A DNA stretch of 64,000 nt from assembly GCF_009914755.1 (NCBI RefSeq), contig NC_060936.1; one strand, written 5' to 3'. This document shows positions 35,704-47,856 of the stretch, one piece after another (the stretch's first letter is position 1; every line of letters starts with the position of its first letter). The position numbers and the translations under genes were made by a program. The stretch is from the human T2T-CHM13v2.0 reference genome, Homo sapiens. The notes below the pieces were generated by a model, which saw only the letters and a program-made list of their open reading frames with translations, searched no databases and had not been told where the DNA came from.

Positions 35704-38458
35704 TTATTTATTCTTTCAAGATTTCCGGGAGGTAGGATGATACAGGTATCAATGATTTCATTTTGTAGATGAGATTATACTGAAATTAAATAATTTATGT
35801 CAAATCTATGGCATGGCAGAACAAGTCATGGCAAAAGCATCTCTTTGTTTCTTAGACATCGTTCTAGTCAACAGAGTTTCCATGTGGAATTTCCAGTATC
35901 CATTATTTTAAAAAATTATATTTTCATGTAATAAATTATTAATATATAATATTAATTATGTCTAGATTTCCTTTGAGTTTGGGATAAACGAGCAAACAAG
36001 TGGCTTCAGAAGCCCAAAGAAATACTGATGGTAAATGAGATCAGTGATATTTTTCCTGGTTTTGTCTTCAAACCTTAGTTACATTGGTTTTAGATTGTGG
36101 TTTCCACATCACTGTAATAAAAAGTAAAAAATGACAATTGACAAAATAATTTCTTTTCTTCCACTAAGCAACAAGCTGACTTAATGAGCTCACATCTCAA
36201 AATTCTGTGAAAATTGCTGTAATTTTGCAGAAACATCCAGAAAAATATTACTATAGAAAATTTTTATTGAATGAAGCACAAAGTAAGAGTTTGACCGAAA
36301 TATATAGTGATTGATTTATTAAGACAAAACTTAAAGAACATACGTAATTGGTTTATTACATAGAAAACTTTCAGCTATTTAAGACCAGTTATGTGGAACA
36401 AAATGGTCTAAAATAGCCATATTGGTTATTGGTATTGCATAGAACAGTTAAACGATATTCTCATTTACATAAACTATTCAAAGGCCTCTAATAAACATGA
36501 CCTTGGAACTTCCCTCATCAGAGGAAGCAAAACAAAAAGAGGGCTTTTAAACGATGGAATCAAATGAATGCAATTACAGAGTCCATTCATATATTTCATT
36601 CGATAGCATATTTTATTCTAAAATAACCCCATGGCAAGTGTAAGAAAAACAAGCCAATACAATATAGTGTTTAAGAGTCTGAGTTCTTTAGTGAGGCTGA
36701 TCTTAGTTTAAGCCTAGGATCTGCCACTTTTGATTTGTGTGAACTTGGTCAAGTTATGGGAACAATAATAGTACCCACTCAAAATCGTCATTGGAAGATT
36801 TGAATGAGATTGTGTATGTAGGGAATGTAGTGCTGTGGCTGTCACATAGTAAGAGTTATTATCTATTAGCTTGTGGTTGTTTTTTATACCATCTCTCTTT
36901 GTCAGTGACTATGACCCACAAGATATAACACAAAATTAAAGTTAACTAAATGCAGAATTTAATCTATTTTTCTCTATAAACCATCTCTCACAATAGTCCC
37001 TTCTTAAAAAGAATAATAGTACCCTTCCTAATGTCTGGGTGACTTTGGAAGAATCAGTCTGTAATCTAATTTTAAGTTGCCACAATTTTTAATTTAATAC
37101 CTCACTTTAATTTGATTTTCTTCAAATTCCTCATCCTGCTGTGTCTGATAATTCATTCCTGCAGAGACTGCACAATTATTGTAAATTATTTACTCAATTT
37201 TGGTGTACATAATTGTTTTATTCATATTACTTTATTCCCCTTAAAAATGGCATTCTGTACTGTCATAATACCCCTTCCAACTACATTTTGCCAAAGACAG
37301 CAGGAAAGCAAGATAATAGCAAATAACTCCTAATGGATTATGTGTCAACAGACAGGAATTATAAGAATTGATACTGCTCTGTGTTCTCAGGATTTAACTG
37401 ATTATGTATAATTTGGAGTAAAACATATCCAAAATGTATCACTTCTCTAACATAATATATTATCAGCCTACTTTTGTAAAATAAAAAAAATCTGCCTCAT
37501 TTTTAATAAACTTTCAACTAACTCAACTTCAAAGTATCTTTTATTGTTCTTATCAAGTTTGGAATTTTTCTGTACTGTCAAAGTGACTTCGTTATTATCT
37601 CATGCATTACAAACATAGTCATTTATGCTACTAGGTGCAAATCTGATCCCACATTATGATGGAAAAATTATCAAGATAAGAACAAAGTCCATTAACTTCA
37701 ACACAAATGAATGTATTCCACAGGAAATATTTTGACTTAAAGTGGCTAAGTACTTTTGCCTCAGCTACCAGAGTAATTTAATATAGTTACAGATTACATT
37801 TAGAGCACTTGGGATAATTATAGAAATAGTACTAATTTATGATAAATGACCAGGGAATTGAGAAAAGAAAAACATAGATGATGAAATTTTCTTTATGAGA
37901 AAGTTTATATAATAGAGAATTGAAAAACTATTGTTATATATAAAGTACTAACTTATGCTATATGAACACATATAAAATAAATGTTTAAGGTCCTATTCTT
38001 TGAAAAATTCCCCCAACCTTTCCAACTTCATGGCCCTTAATTAAATAAATAAAACATGAAAAAGAGTCACAAATGAGTTGGTTTTGACAAAGCATTATCT
38101 GTGCATGAGGTGAAAAAAATCTTTCTCTTTCACATTTTACCTCTCCATTCATCATTTTTGAGTCTTAGAATACAGTATTTTATTTTGGGACTTTTAGCAT
38201 TTGACTCAACAACCAATACTCCTAGATTCATTCTTGGAAGTAGGCATGACTCAGAGCTGGGATGGAACCCTGCCTCTTCTCACTGGAAACACCCAAGGCA
38301 CATCCCAGTTTCATTACTGCACTAGGAATTGGCCCAAATAATTTAGCAACTTAATGTTTTAATCTCTTTTCATGAATATATGACTGCTGATAGCAGATGA
38401 AAGCAAAAACTAGTTACTAAGCTGAAAATACTCAACCAACTACTGATTGCTTAAAGAT

Positions 38459-38741
<283 letters not shown>

Positions 38742-41149
38742 TGCTTAAAGATAACTTGAATCAAGCCATGATTCTTGGCTTGGAAATAAGCTAAGTGAAT
38801 TCATAGTCTTTCCTTTGTTTCTTGGCTGGCAAAGCACAATCTCAGCTCCAGGCTGAACAAAAGGTTATGAGAAATGTAAAAGGCTTGGTTTTGGCTACAA
38901 CGCACAACACAGCTAGAAGTTGGCCTTGCCCAACAAGAAGACAGTGGGTTTCCTTTCAGCTCTTCCCCAAGTGTTAGTATTCAGCCTGCAATTTTCACTA
39001 TCCAGGGATGTTTAGATGATAGACAGTTATGATCAGTGAAAACATAAGAGTATGCCCAAGCTAAAGATGCAAGGTGTTAATTTGTCTAATTTGCCAAAAA
39101 GCATCTAAATATTACTGGGTCTGTTTTGCTGAAATATTTGTGCATATATTAAACTCATTTAAAGTGCTTTCTTTGTTTACCCAAGCTAATTACTTCCATT
39201 TAATTAGGCTCCATATTCCTAGCTCACTCAAGCTTTTCACTGATATTACAATTTTGCTAATATGTAGAAAAATATTTTACAGTCTGGGAAGTGAAACGAG
39301 ACTATCTGACTCAACTGATGTCACAGACTTATGCCACAATGTTTCCAGATGGCAAAAGTTTATGAGGTTCACTTGGGTGTGTCCATTCTCTTAGAGTTCA
39401 ATTCTTGTCATGTTTTTTCTTTATACTTAGCTCTTTTGGAAATGCTTAGGCTTTTATTTTATTACGTAAAAGATTTTCCTGTTCTGTTTGGCCTATTTCA
39501 TTACTCAGTTTCACTTTACATGCCCTCATTTTGGAACTTCCTATTCTCTGTGGACAACGTTTTTGACATCTGCTTTACTTTAATAATAAAAATGTTATGC
39601 ATCCTGGAATTAGTCATAACATAATTTGCTCATGCTCCTTACTTTTGCTATAGGAATTGCATGGGTATACCAAGGATATCATATGAACTTTTTTTTTTCC
39701 CAAGTAACTGAAGTCTCATGGTCCTAACAGTCTCATGTCTCAAAAGAATATTTTTGGATTCCATCTCTTCTCTCTCTTTTTAAAAATGCTGTCAGTGTCA
39801 TTGTGTTTACTGTAAAACCAATAAATGTCAAGCTATAGCTATAACTGTATATGCATGGTTATAATTATAAATGTTTATAGCTGTAAGTCACAACTTTTTC
39901 TATAGCTAAAAAAAGGAATAGATTTCTCCTGCCCAGAAGTATTTTAATAAATTCTAGAACATGTATTTCCAGTTTATGCAATTCACAAAAATATTTTCAT
40001 GCTGTTAATATTAAATGATTTCTTATTTAATCAGTAATTCATTGTTTGCTTATTTATTTGTAGAAAGACAGGTCGAAAGAGGGGGGAAATTTGGAACATA
40101 GGGGCAAATGTTACTTTATCACATATGAATCTATATATATTAAATGAGAAATATAGCATCTTATTTTGAAAAAGAGTTTAAAAGCATATCAAACATCTAG
40201 CACACCAATCATCACTGGTTATTGAACAACTAACAAAATCTCATCTTTCAAACAGCAAGAAGGCTCAGAAGGTTATTAGCCTCTATTATTAGTCTTTGCT
40301 AATTCTTCAGTTAGCTCCAAGGATTTAAAAGACAAAGTCTGGAGCTGTTCTCATCAATTCCAACTGATGCCATTTGGTGTCATAGAGAATTACAAGCTTT
40401 CCAGGAACAAGGCTCAACTGGCAGCAAGGAATCATCAATGATTAATTTATAAAACCCACCCAAGCATCTGGTGGCAGCTTCAGGATAATGGCAGTAAGTG
40501 ATATGCAGCCAGGTGACAGGATCTCTGCATTCCTAAGGTTCAGAAGATGGTAAAGGAAGTGGAGTAAGAAGGGTTTGGAATGACGCCCTACTGCGTGTTT
40601 TCAGGACGGCTTGTCATGCTACACAATTTGAGGAGTCAAACTAGGAGGGGAGGCAATTTGGATCCAAAGGGTTCATTCAGGGTAAGTAGAAGGAAGCAGC
40701 CACTAAGATTTTATTTATATGTTATTTCACTGCTTTCTTTCATCATCCTTCCCTTTAATTTTCCCTTCCAGGTTCCCAAATGATCACATTCCCGTCCCCA
40801 GTAGTAAAACGCCCGTGGAAGTAGAAGATGGATGCTGTGGCAACTGAACCTGGAGTCAGACTCAGAATCCCAGCTTCCTCACTCGGGAGGAGGCCTTGCA
40901 TGGCTGTTCATGGGCTCCCTAAGAAGGCAGTGTCCTGAGGCGGGCCCTTGACTTTTTCCCCATCTTTGCTGCTAGGTCAAGGATCGCGCCATTCTAACTC
41001 ACCTGATTTCTGGATCACGGTTTGAGAAGCCTGGCCCTGTGGATTTCCTAGTGTTATTTTCCTTATAGTGATTTCCTAAGGTCACAGTTTCCTAACTTCT
41101 GATTTTGTAGTTTTGATGTGAAAGAACAAAAGTGCTTCGATTTCAAACA

Positions 41150-42500
41150 TATTGGAGATAGACTCGACGCCGGGCGGGCCATGGGCATTCAGCGGAAAAC
41201 CAGACAGACAAAAAGATTCTGCTCTCCCGAAGCTTACATTGTGGTGAATTTAAAAGTTGTTTCTCAACATTAGCGCTTTACCCATCAGCAGCCCTGCCCA
41301 GGGCGAGGCGCCTCGATGCTTGAAGTTCACTGTTCAGGCGAAGGAGAACACAGTGTTCCCAAGGACCATTGTAAGCTGGGCGGCCAAAATTTGAAAGAAC
41401 ATAAATCGCAGGGCAACGAAGGAGGCGGGGGTCTCTGGAGGTTACTTCTATTAGCGTCAATACGGGCGAAATCAGGGGACCTAGCAGGAGCCTGAAAACT
41501 TCAAGCCAAACAAACAGTGAGATCACACCTCCCACCCGCCACCTCCCTCCACTGCCGCCGCCGCGAGACGGCTGCCCCGGGGGTGGCCCGGGGAAGGCAG
41601 GGGGGCTCGGAGAAGACGGACTCTGCTTTCGCTCCCCCTTTCTTCCCCATCCCTAACATGGGCTTTGCCCTGGAGCGCTTCGCAGAAGCCGTGGACCCGG
41701 CTCTGGAGTGCAAACTGTGCGGCCAGGTGCTTGAAGAGCCCCTGTGCACGCCGTGCGGGCACGTCTTCTGCGCCAGCTGCCTGTTGCCCTGGGCGGTGCG
41801 GAGGCGCCGGTGCCCGCTGCAGTGCCAGCCCTTGGCGCCCGGCGAGCTGTACCGGGTGCTGCCGCTGCGCAGCCTCATCCAGAAGCTGCGAGTCCAGTGC
41901 GACTACCGCGCCCGCGGCTGCGGCCACTCGGTCAGGCTGCACGAGCTGGAGGCGCACGTCGAGCACTGCGACTTCGGCCCTGCCCGCCGCCTCCGCAGCC
42001 GCGGGGGCTGCGCTTCGGAGCTGGGCGGTGGTGAGGTGCCCGCGCGGGGGGGCTGCGGTCCGACACCCAGGGCTGGCCGGGGCGGGGGCGCGCGCGGGGG
42101 GCCGCCGGGCGGCCGCTGGGGCCGCGGGCGGGGACCCGGGCCTCGGGTCCTCGCCTGGAGGCGGCGCGAGAAGGCGCTGCTGGCGCAGCTCTGGGCGCTG
42201 CAGGGCGAGGTGCAGCTCACGGCGCGCAGGTACCAGGAGAAGTTCACCCAATACATGGCTCACGTCCGCAACTTCGTCGGCGACCTCGGTGGCGGCCACC
42301 GCAGGGTAAGCAAAGGGGGGTGGGCACCGCGGGCATGGTCGATTGGGGTGGGAAAAGGAGCGGTTCTTTCTGACGCTTCAGGATTCCTTTGGAATTGGGC
42401 ATCCTTCCTCACTATGCAGCAGGAAACATCCACACCCTGATCATACTTTCCTGTCATTATCTTACGAATGGATTGGCGTCGAAGTTAAGGATTGTCCCTT
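41150..42500 (+). promoter_or_regulatory. PDZRN4: CpG island / promoter and 5' UTR of PDZRN4
   Basis: Abrupt rise in GC and CpG density against the AT-rich flanks; GC-box-like ggaggcgggg at ~41421; no ATG between ~41400 and 41658. The TSS cannot be determined from sequence. Confidence 0.8.
41658..42305 (+). CDS. PDZRN4: PDZRN4 coding exon 1 (codons 1-216): C3HC4 RING, TRAF/SINA-type Zn finger, Gly/Arg-rich linker, coiled coil
   Basis: ATG at 41658 in good Kozak context (aacATGG). Translates MGFALERFAEAVDPALECKLCGQVLEEPLCTPCGHVFCASCLLPW...CPLQC (C-x2-C...C-x-H-x2-C-x2-C...C-x3-C). Ends AGG|GTAAG at 42305/42306 in phase 0 (648 nt). Recognised as PDZRN4/LNX4, paralogue of PDZRN3. Confidence 0.96.
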
Positions 42501-43153
42501 TTCTGATTATATTACGATTGGAAAGAGTTAAACAGATTCGATTCTAACTTTCCCCCGGGAAAGTAGGAATTGTGAAAACTCATTTTCCATCCAGACTCTC
42601 GTTTTCCATCTTTCACCCTCCTGCCCACCGTCTCTGCCTATTTTTTGAGCACTTGTCCCGTGCCTGAAGCAAATCCGAGAAGGAAAGACAGAAAGCGAAG
42701 ACTTTCCCCGCCCAGCCTTTCCTCTCCCGCGGCCACCAGCATCCCCGCGGCCCTGGCAGCCGCGCACGCACACCTGGGACTGGTGTCAGCGTTGATGACA
42801 CTTGCGCTGCCACTGCCTGAATCAACTGCCTTCTATTAAGTTGGGGACTGTGAGGCACGTTGGGGCCAGGACAGCCTCAGGAGTTGAGAGATGGGGTTTC
42901 TTAGACTTGCAGAGTTCATTTCATCACTCTGACTTTCCCTAAATAAGCCTTCCTTGCCTCGGGATCTCATTATTGGTGGAGAGAGAGAGAGAGATTGAGA
43001 TTGTGTGTGTGCGACCTGGGAAGTCCAGTCCGAGAACCTCCATCTGTGGTCAGACCGGCCCTGCGAGCCCCCAGGCAGCGGTTGTTTCCCTTCTTTGTCT
43101 AAGCTGCTGGCCCCGAACTGCGCTCCTGGTCCTCCCGCCGGCTTTCATACCGA

Positions 43154-43199
43154 ATAAACAAGCCTCTTTGCAGCATCCCGTGTGAAGAGGCTTGTTTAT
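43154..43199. repeat. Perfect 15-bp inverted repeat (hairpin) in intron 1
   Basis: ATAAACAAGCCTCTT (43154-43168) is the exact reverse complement of AAGAGGCTTGTTTAT (43185-43199). Confidence 0.92.
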
Positions 43200-44660
43200 A
43201 AAGCTGTTACTTCTCTCCTGGAGGACTTCTGCACAGTGTCTGACATTGTTGGTCGCTGCCATGGTGAGCAGGGATTTAGCAGAATTTGCGCACCATTCAA
43301 GGAGCTGTTTTCATTCTTCAGCACTCCCGGGGAGGAGCAACCCAGAAAGATTCCCATTTGGGACTGGCTGCTCCACACTGCCTCTAACTCAGGCACTGAG
43401 TTTAGAAGCGCCCGTCTTGAACGTAAAAGAGAAAATTGAAGTGAGAGGGACTAAAATGTTTCTACCTTGATGAATGGAAGCACGCTGTGTATTAAACGAC
43501 CGGTTTCAAGGAGTATTTCTCTAGTTCATATATGCATATACATATACGCATATATACAGGTAAATTTACAAAACGGGAGGACCCGGGGAAAAGCACAGAT
43601 AGAAGCTTTGTATTACCAGTCCAGGTTTCAAGGTCGTAGGAAACCAATGGTTGAAGGAAAGGAGGAACAGCTAGAATAATATTACAGAAAAGTCCATGCA
43701 ACAAGTCAAGCTATGATTCTGAGAAGTGAGAAAAACTGCCCATGATTTGCAGACTAGCCAAAACCTTCTATGTGTTCCTCAGAAGTGTTTTTCTACTACC
43801 AGTAGGGGCTGCTCTGCGCATTGCCTGGGAAAAGCTCCTGGGAAAATATCTTGATGCTGATAGCAGTGATGATGATGCATATGTTCTGAATGTTATCATT
43901 CAGAAATAGTTTCCAAGTAAAGATTAATAACATCTACAACCATGAATAAACCCACCTAGTCCAGCACTAATTCATCCTATGTGTAAGTTAGTCTTTACTA
44001 ATAAACATTGTAGCTATAATTCATATTTGTTTTACTATTATTTGGCCAGCAGGAAAAAAATACATACTACTTTACCTAGCACAAACCCTTATTTTTTTAT
44101 TCTGCAGGAATTATGCAAAACCAAATAGGAATATTATTTAAAATTAGGACTACAGTAGCCTAACAGATCCTGCATTACAACAGCAACATGAATGTTATGA
44201 CTATAATTTATAAATAGTTCCAGTGTTTCTTAAATTCCTTAAGACTTTACAAAATAAAAATTTTACACTATTGATAATTTATATTTTACTTTTCTGTAAT
44301 GGAGGGAAAAATAAAGATACCTCCAAGGTTTAACCAGAAATCTGTTTTCAATTGCAGTGAAATCAGATTTAGATACTGCATTAGGATAAAAGAGCTTCCT
44401 GTCTCAAAATGCAAAGCCATTTAGTAATTTTTGAAAATAGGGCTTTTTCCCCTCACATGCACAGTTGTTCTTTTTCAAATACATACTTGCAAAGTAAGTA
44501 TAGGAAAATGTCAACCTTCTGCCACATTCAACCATCCTTAATTTTAAAGTTTTCCTCTTTTCACATGTCAGTTAACTTACAGTACATAAAAACTTATTGT
44601 AGGATTTATTTTTCTTTTATATTTTTACCTGGTTAAGTCATTTTATACATTTTTTTCTAG

Positions 44661-44747
44661 GATGGAGAGCATAAGCCATTCACTATTGTGTTAGAAAGAG
44701 AAAATGACACTTTGGGATTCAATATTATAGGAGGTCGACCAAATCAG
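44661..44747 (+). CDS. PDZRN4: PDZRN4 coding exon 2 (87 nt, DGEHKPFTIVLERENDTLGFNIIGGRPNQ; start of PDZ1 with the LGF carboxylate-binding loop)
   Basis: ttttttctag| acceptor and CAG|gtaaaa donor; phase 0-0; continues the exon 1 frame. Confidence 0.95.
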
Positions 44748-44886
44748 GTAAAACACCTTGTTAATGCATTACTCGTTACTTATAAAATAAGCATTAATAA
44801 GCATTACTCATTGCTTATAAAATAATAGAGGACTTAGGTTTTGTTTGTGGATTTTGAGTAAGAAAAACAAGTGGTTTAATCTTTAA

Positions 44887-45283
<397 letters not shown>

Positions 45284-45286
45284 CTG

Positions 45287-45602
45287 ATTTTATTATTTTT
45301 TAATTTTTAAAAATTATTTTCTTTTTGAGTTGGAGTATCACTCTGCAGCCCAGGCTGGAGTGCAGTAGAGTGATCTCAGCTCAATGCAACCACTGCCTCT
45401 GGTTCAATTGATTCTCCTGCCTCAACCACCCAAGTAGCTGGGATTATAGGCGTGTGCCACCACGCCCAGCTAATTTTTGTATTTGTAGCAGAGAAAATAC
45501 AAAATGTTGGCAAAGCTGGTCTCGAACTCCTAATCTCAAGTGATCCACCTCCCTCACCTCCCAAAGTGCTGGGATTACAGGCTTGAGCCACTGCACCTGG
45601 CC
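45287..45602 (-). mobile_element. Second tandem Alu, intron 2
   Basis: gagttggagtatcactctg...gagccactgcacctggcc; antisense to the gene. Confidence 0.9.
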
Positions 45603-47283
45603 TTTATTTTTGAGAAAAACAAAAAACAACAGCTAGCAAACTTGGTTCTCTTTGCTACTTTAAAAGAAGAAAAGGAAAGTACATTTCACATTTTATCTAA
45701 ATTTTATTGTCCTTTTGGCAAATTTCTTGAATAAACCTATTTCACAATACCATGTGTAGGCAATTTCTATTTGATAATATTAGGCAATTGTATTGCCTGC
45801 TTAAACCTATTTATTAAGTGCAATTACTCAGTTTGAAGATGCTAATACAGACTAGGAAGAAAATTATATTGAATGAATGAATGAACAGTTGAAACAAGGG
45901 ATGATTGATTTCAATAGGAAGTACCATGTTAAAGAAAAACAGTTGATTAGAAATATTTTTGGCTCCCCAAACCGAGTTCTTTGTTTGATTGCATGAATAA
46001 TATTCTTCATGTTGATGTCAATTGTTTTCAAAATGCATATTTTAAACTTATAGAATATACTGTAGTTGCAAAGTTCTTTTATATCTTTGAATTCCTGTGT
46101 CAACTTAATTTTCACCGTAACTGGAAAAAGGTGGTTAAGTTTTAAAAAATGATGTTCTTTAATTTTTCTCAATAAACTGCCATGAAATTTTTGCATCCTG
46201 CATTGCAGATGTTGTACAAGGAAACTGTCTTAGTATTGTTGGCCATATGCTCTGTTTAGGTAAGGATGGCAGTGACATATTTCTTCCTTGTTTTTAGTAT
46301 TTTGAAAACTTAGCAACTAATGACTGCTGTGCTTCTCTTTTTAAAACAGTCCTCATTTATTAAGATGAAAGCCTTTTCATCATAGCATTTTCGTTATCAT
46401 TTTCCCTAAGGAATATTTTTATAGATTCTATTTTGGTATTTGACATTTAGATGACATCGGGCCTTTTTAAAAAGTCTCTTAAAATTCATGATAAGGACAG
46501 CTAAAGAGAAATAATTTTATTTAACCTGTCATGAAGTCAAATGACATTTAAAATTATATAATGTATTATTATAGGATGTTGGATATTTTCCCCTAAATAA
46601 GCTTTGACTTCTTGTGACTGGCTAAAATGTCCTATTTTTACCATATTGGCTATGTTTGAGGTTTAACTAATCATGAGTCAGACTGCACCTGGAAATATGT
46701 AACGATGAGTTTGCATGGGTTCCCTTTTGCATAGGTTCCCTTGCAGTTTAGATGTGATCTTTTGGGATTTTACACTTGAGTAAGCTACCAGTGTCTCTTG
46801 TGAATAGACACAACTAGAGCTATGTTTCTAAATCTGGCACATCAAAAAGCTAAATTACATTTCTAAACTCTACCACATCTCAAACCAGTTATACAGTGGG
46901 AACCAGATATATGTTTTTTTCCTTCTTTAACCTTATCACCCTTTTACTTGCTGTCTCTCTTTAGAAGTGAGATGTTTTATAAATAATACTTAAAAGCCAG
47001 TTTATTTCACCTTGTACATGCCCTTTCCCATAGCTTTTTTATGTGAACTCAAAAATTTGAAGTAAATAGATAATCTTGTCAGAGACCCTGGACTCATTCA
47101 TTAAAACTGCCACCTTGATTAATGACTAGTTGGTGTTAAGTAAGTTAAAATTCTGTTCCAAATCCCCAGCTAAGAGAGTTGCAGGTTTACAGAGGATTGG
47201 TAATGTTACATTTGGTAAATTGTCCCTAATAATATTTAAATTTTGCTTACATCTTTCTTCTGCTAATGATTTTTTAAAAATAG

Positions 47284-47391
47284 AATAATCAGGAAGGAAC
47301 ATCGACTGAAGGAATTTACGTTTCAAAAATTTTAGAAAATGGACCTGCTGACAGAGCAGATGGCCTGGAGATCCATGACAAAATCATGGAG
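47284..47391 (+). CDS. PDZRN4: PDZRN4 coding exon 3 (108 nt, [36 protein letters not shown]; middle of PDZ1)
   Basis: aaaaatag| acceptor with candidate branch site tgctaat at ~47261-47267; GAG|gtaaga donor; PDZ motifs GIYVSKI and GPA..DGL...DKI; phase 0-0. The rest of the gene lies outside the window. Confidence 0.94.
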
Positions 47392-47557
47392 GTAAGACAA
47401 TGATAAAACATGTATATGATCCATGCAAGAAAGATTGGGATATTTTAAGTTTTCAAATTTACCACTTTACCTTGGTGTGGTGCTTATTAGAATATACATT
47501 CTTAGTAGCAGTAAAGGCATTATCATTTTTACTTTCTTACAAAAAATGTAAAAGTCA

Positions 47558-47856
47558 CTGGGAGAGGTGGCTCATGCCTATAATCCCAGCACTTTTGGTG
47601 GCTGAGGCAGGAGCATCACGTGAGCTTAGGAGTTCGAGACCTGACTGGGCAACATTGTGAGACTTCATCTCTACCAAAAAACAAAACAAAAAAATTAGCT
47701 GGGCATGGTGGCACATACCTATGGTCCCAGCTACTCAGGAGGCTGAGGTGGGTGGATCACTCGATGTTAAACCCAGGAGGTCAAGGCTGTGGTGAGCTGT
47801 GTGTAGGCCACTGCTCTCTAGCCTAGGCAACAGAGCAAGACGCTGCCTCCAAAAAG
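47558..47856 (+). mobile_element. Alu (AluJ-like), sense orientation, ~170 nt downstream of the exon 3 donor
   Basis: ggtggctcatgcctataatcccagc...ggtcaaggctg...gcaacagagcaagac. Confidence 0.9.

Noticed and set aside
41523-42309. Long antisense and alternative-frame ORFs over exon 1 (258 aa on the minus strand, 214 aa on the plus strand, and others)
   Set aside because: Expected shadows of a very GC-rich coding exon; low complexity and no domain signal.
42306-42440. Read-through of the exon 1 ORF to a stop at 42440
   Set aside because: A strong GTAAG donor at 42306 and an in-frame exon 2 explain the gene; there is no evidence for intron retention.
43317-43337. TTCAGCAC-containing possible REST/RE1 site
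   Set aside because: Only a partial left half-site; the right half (GGACAG) is missing.
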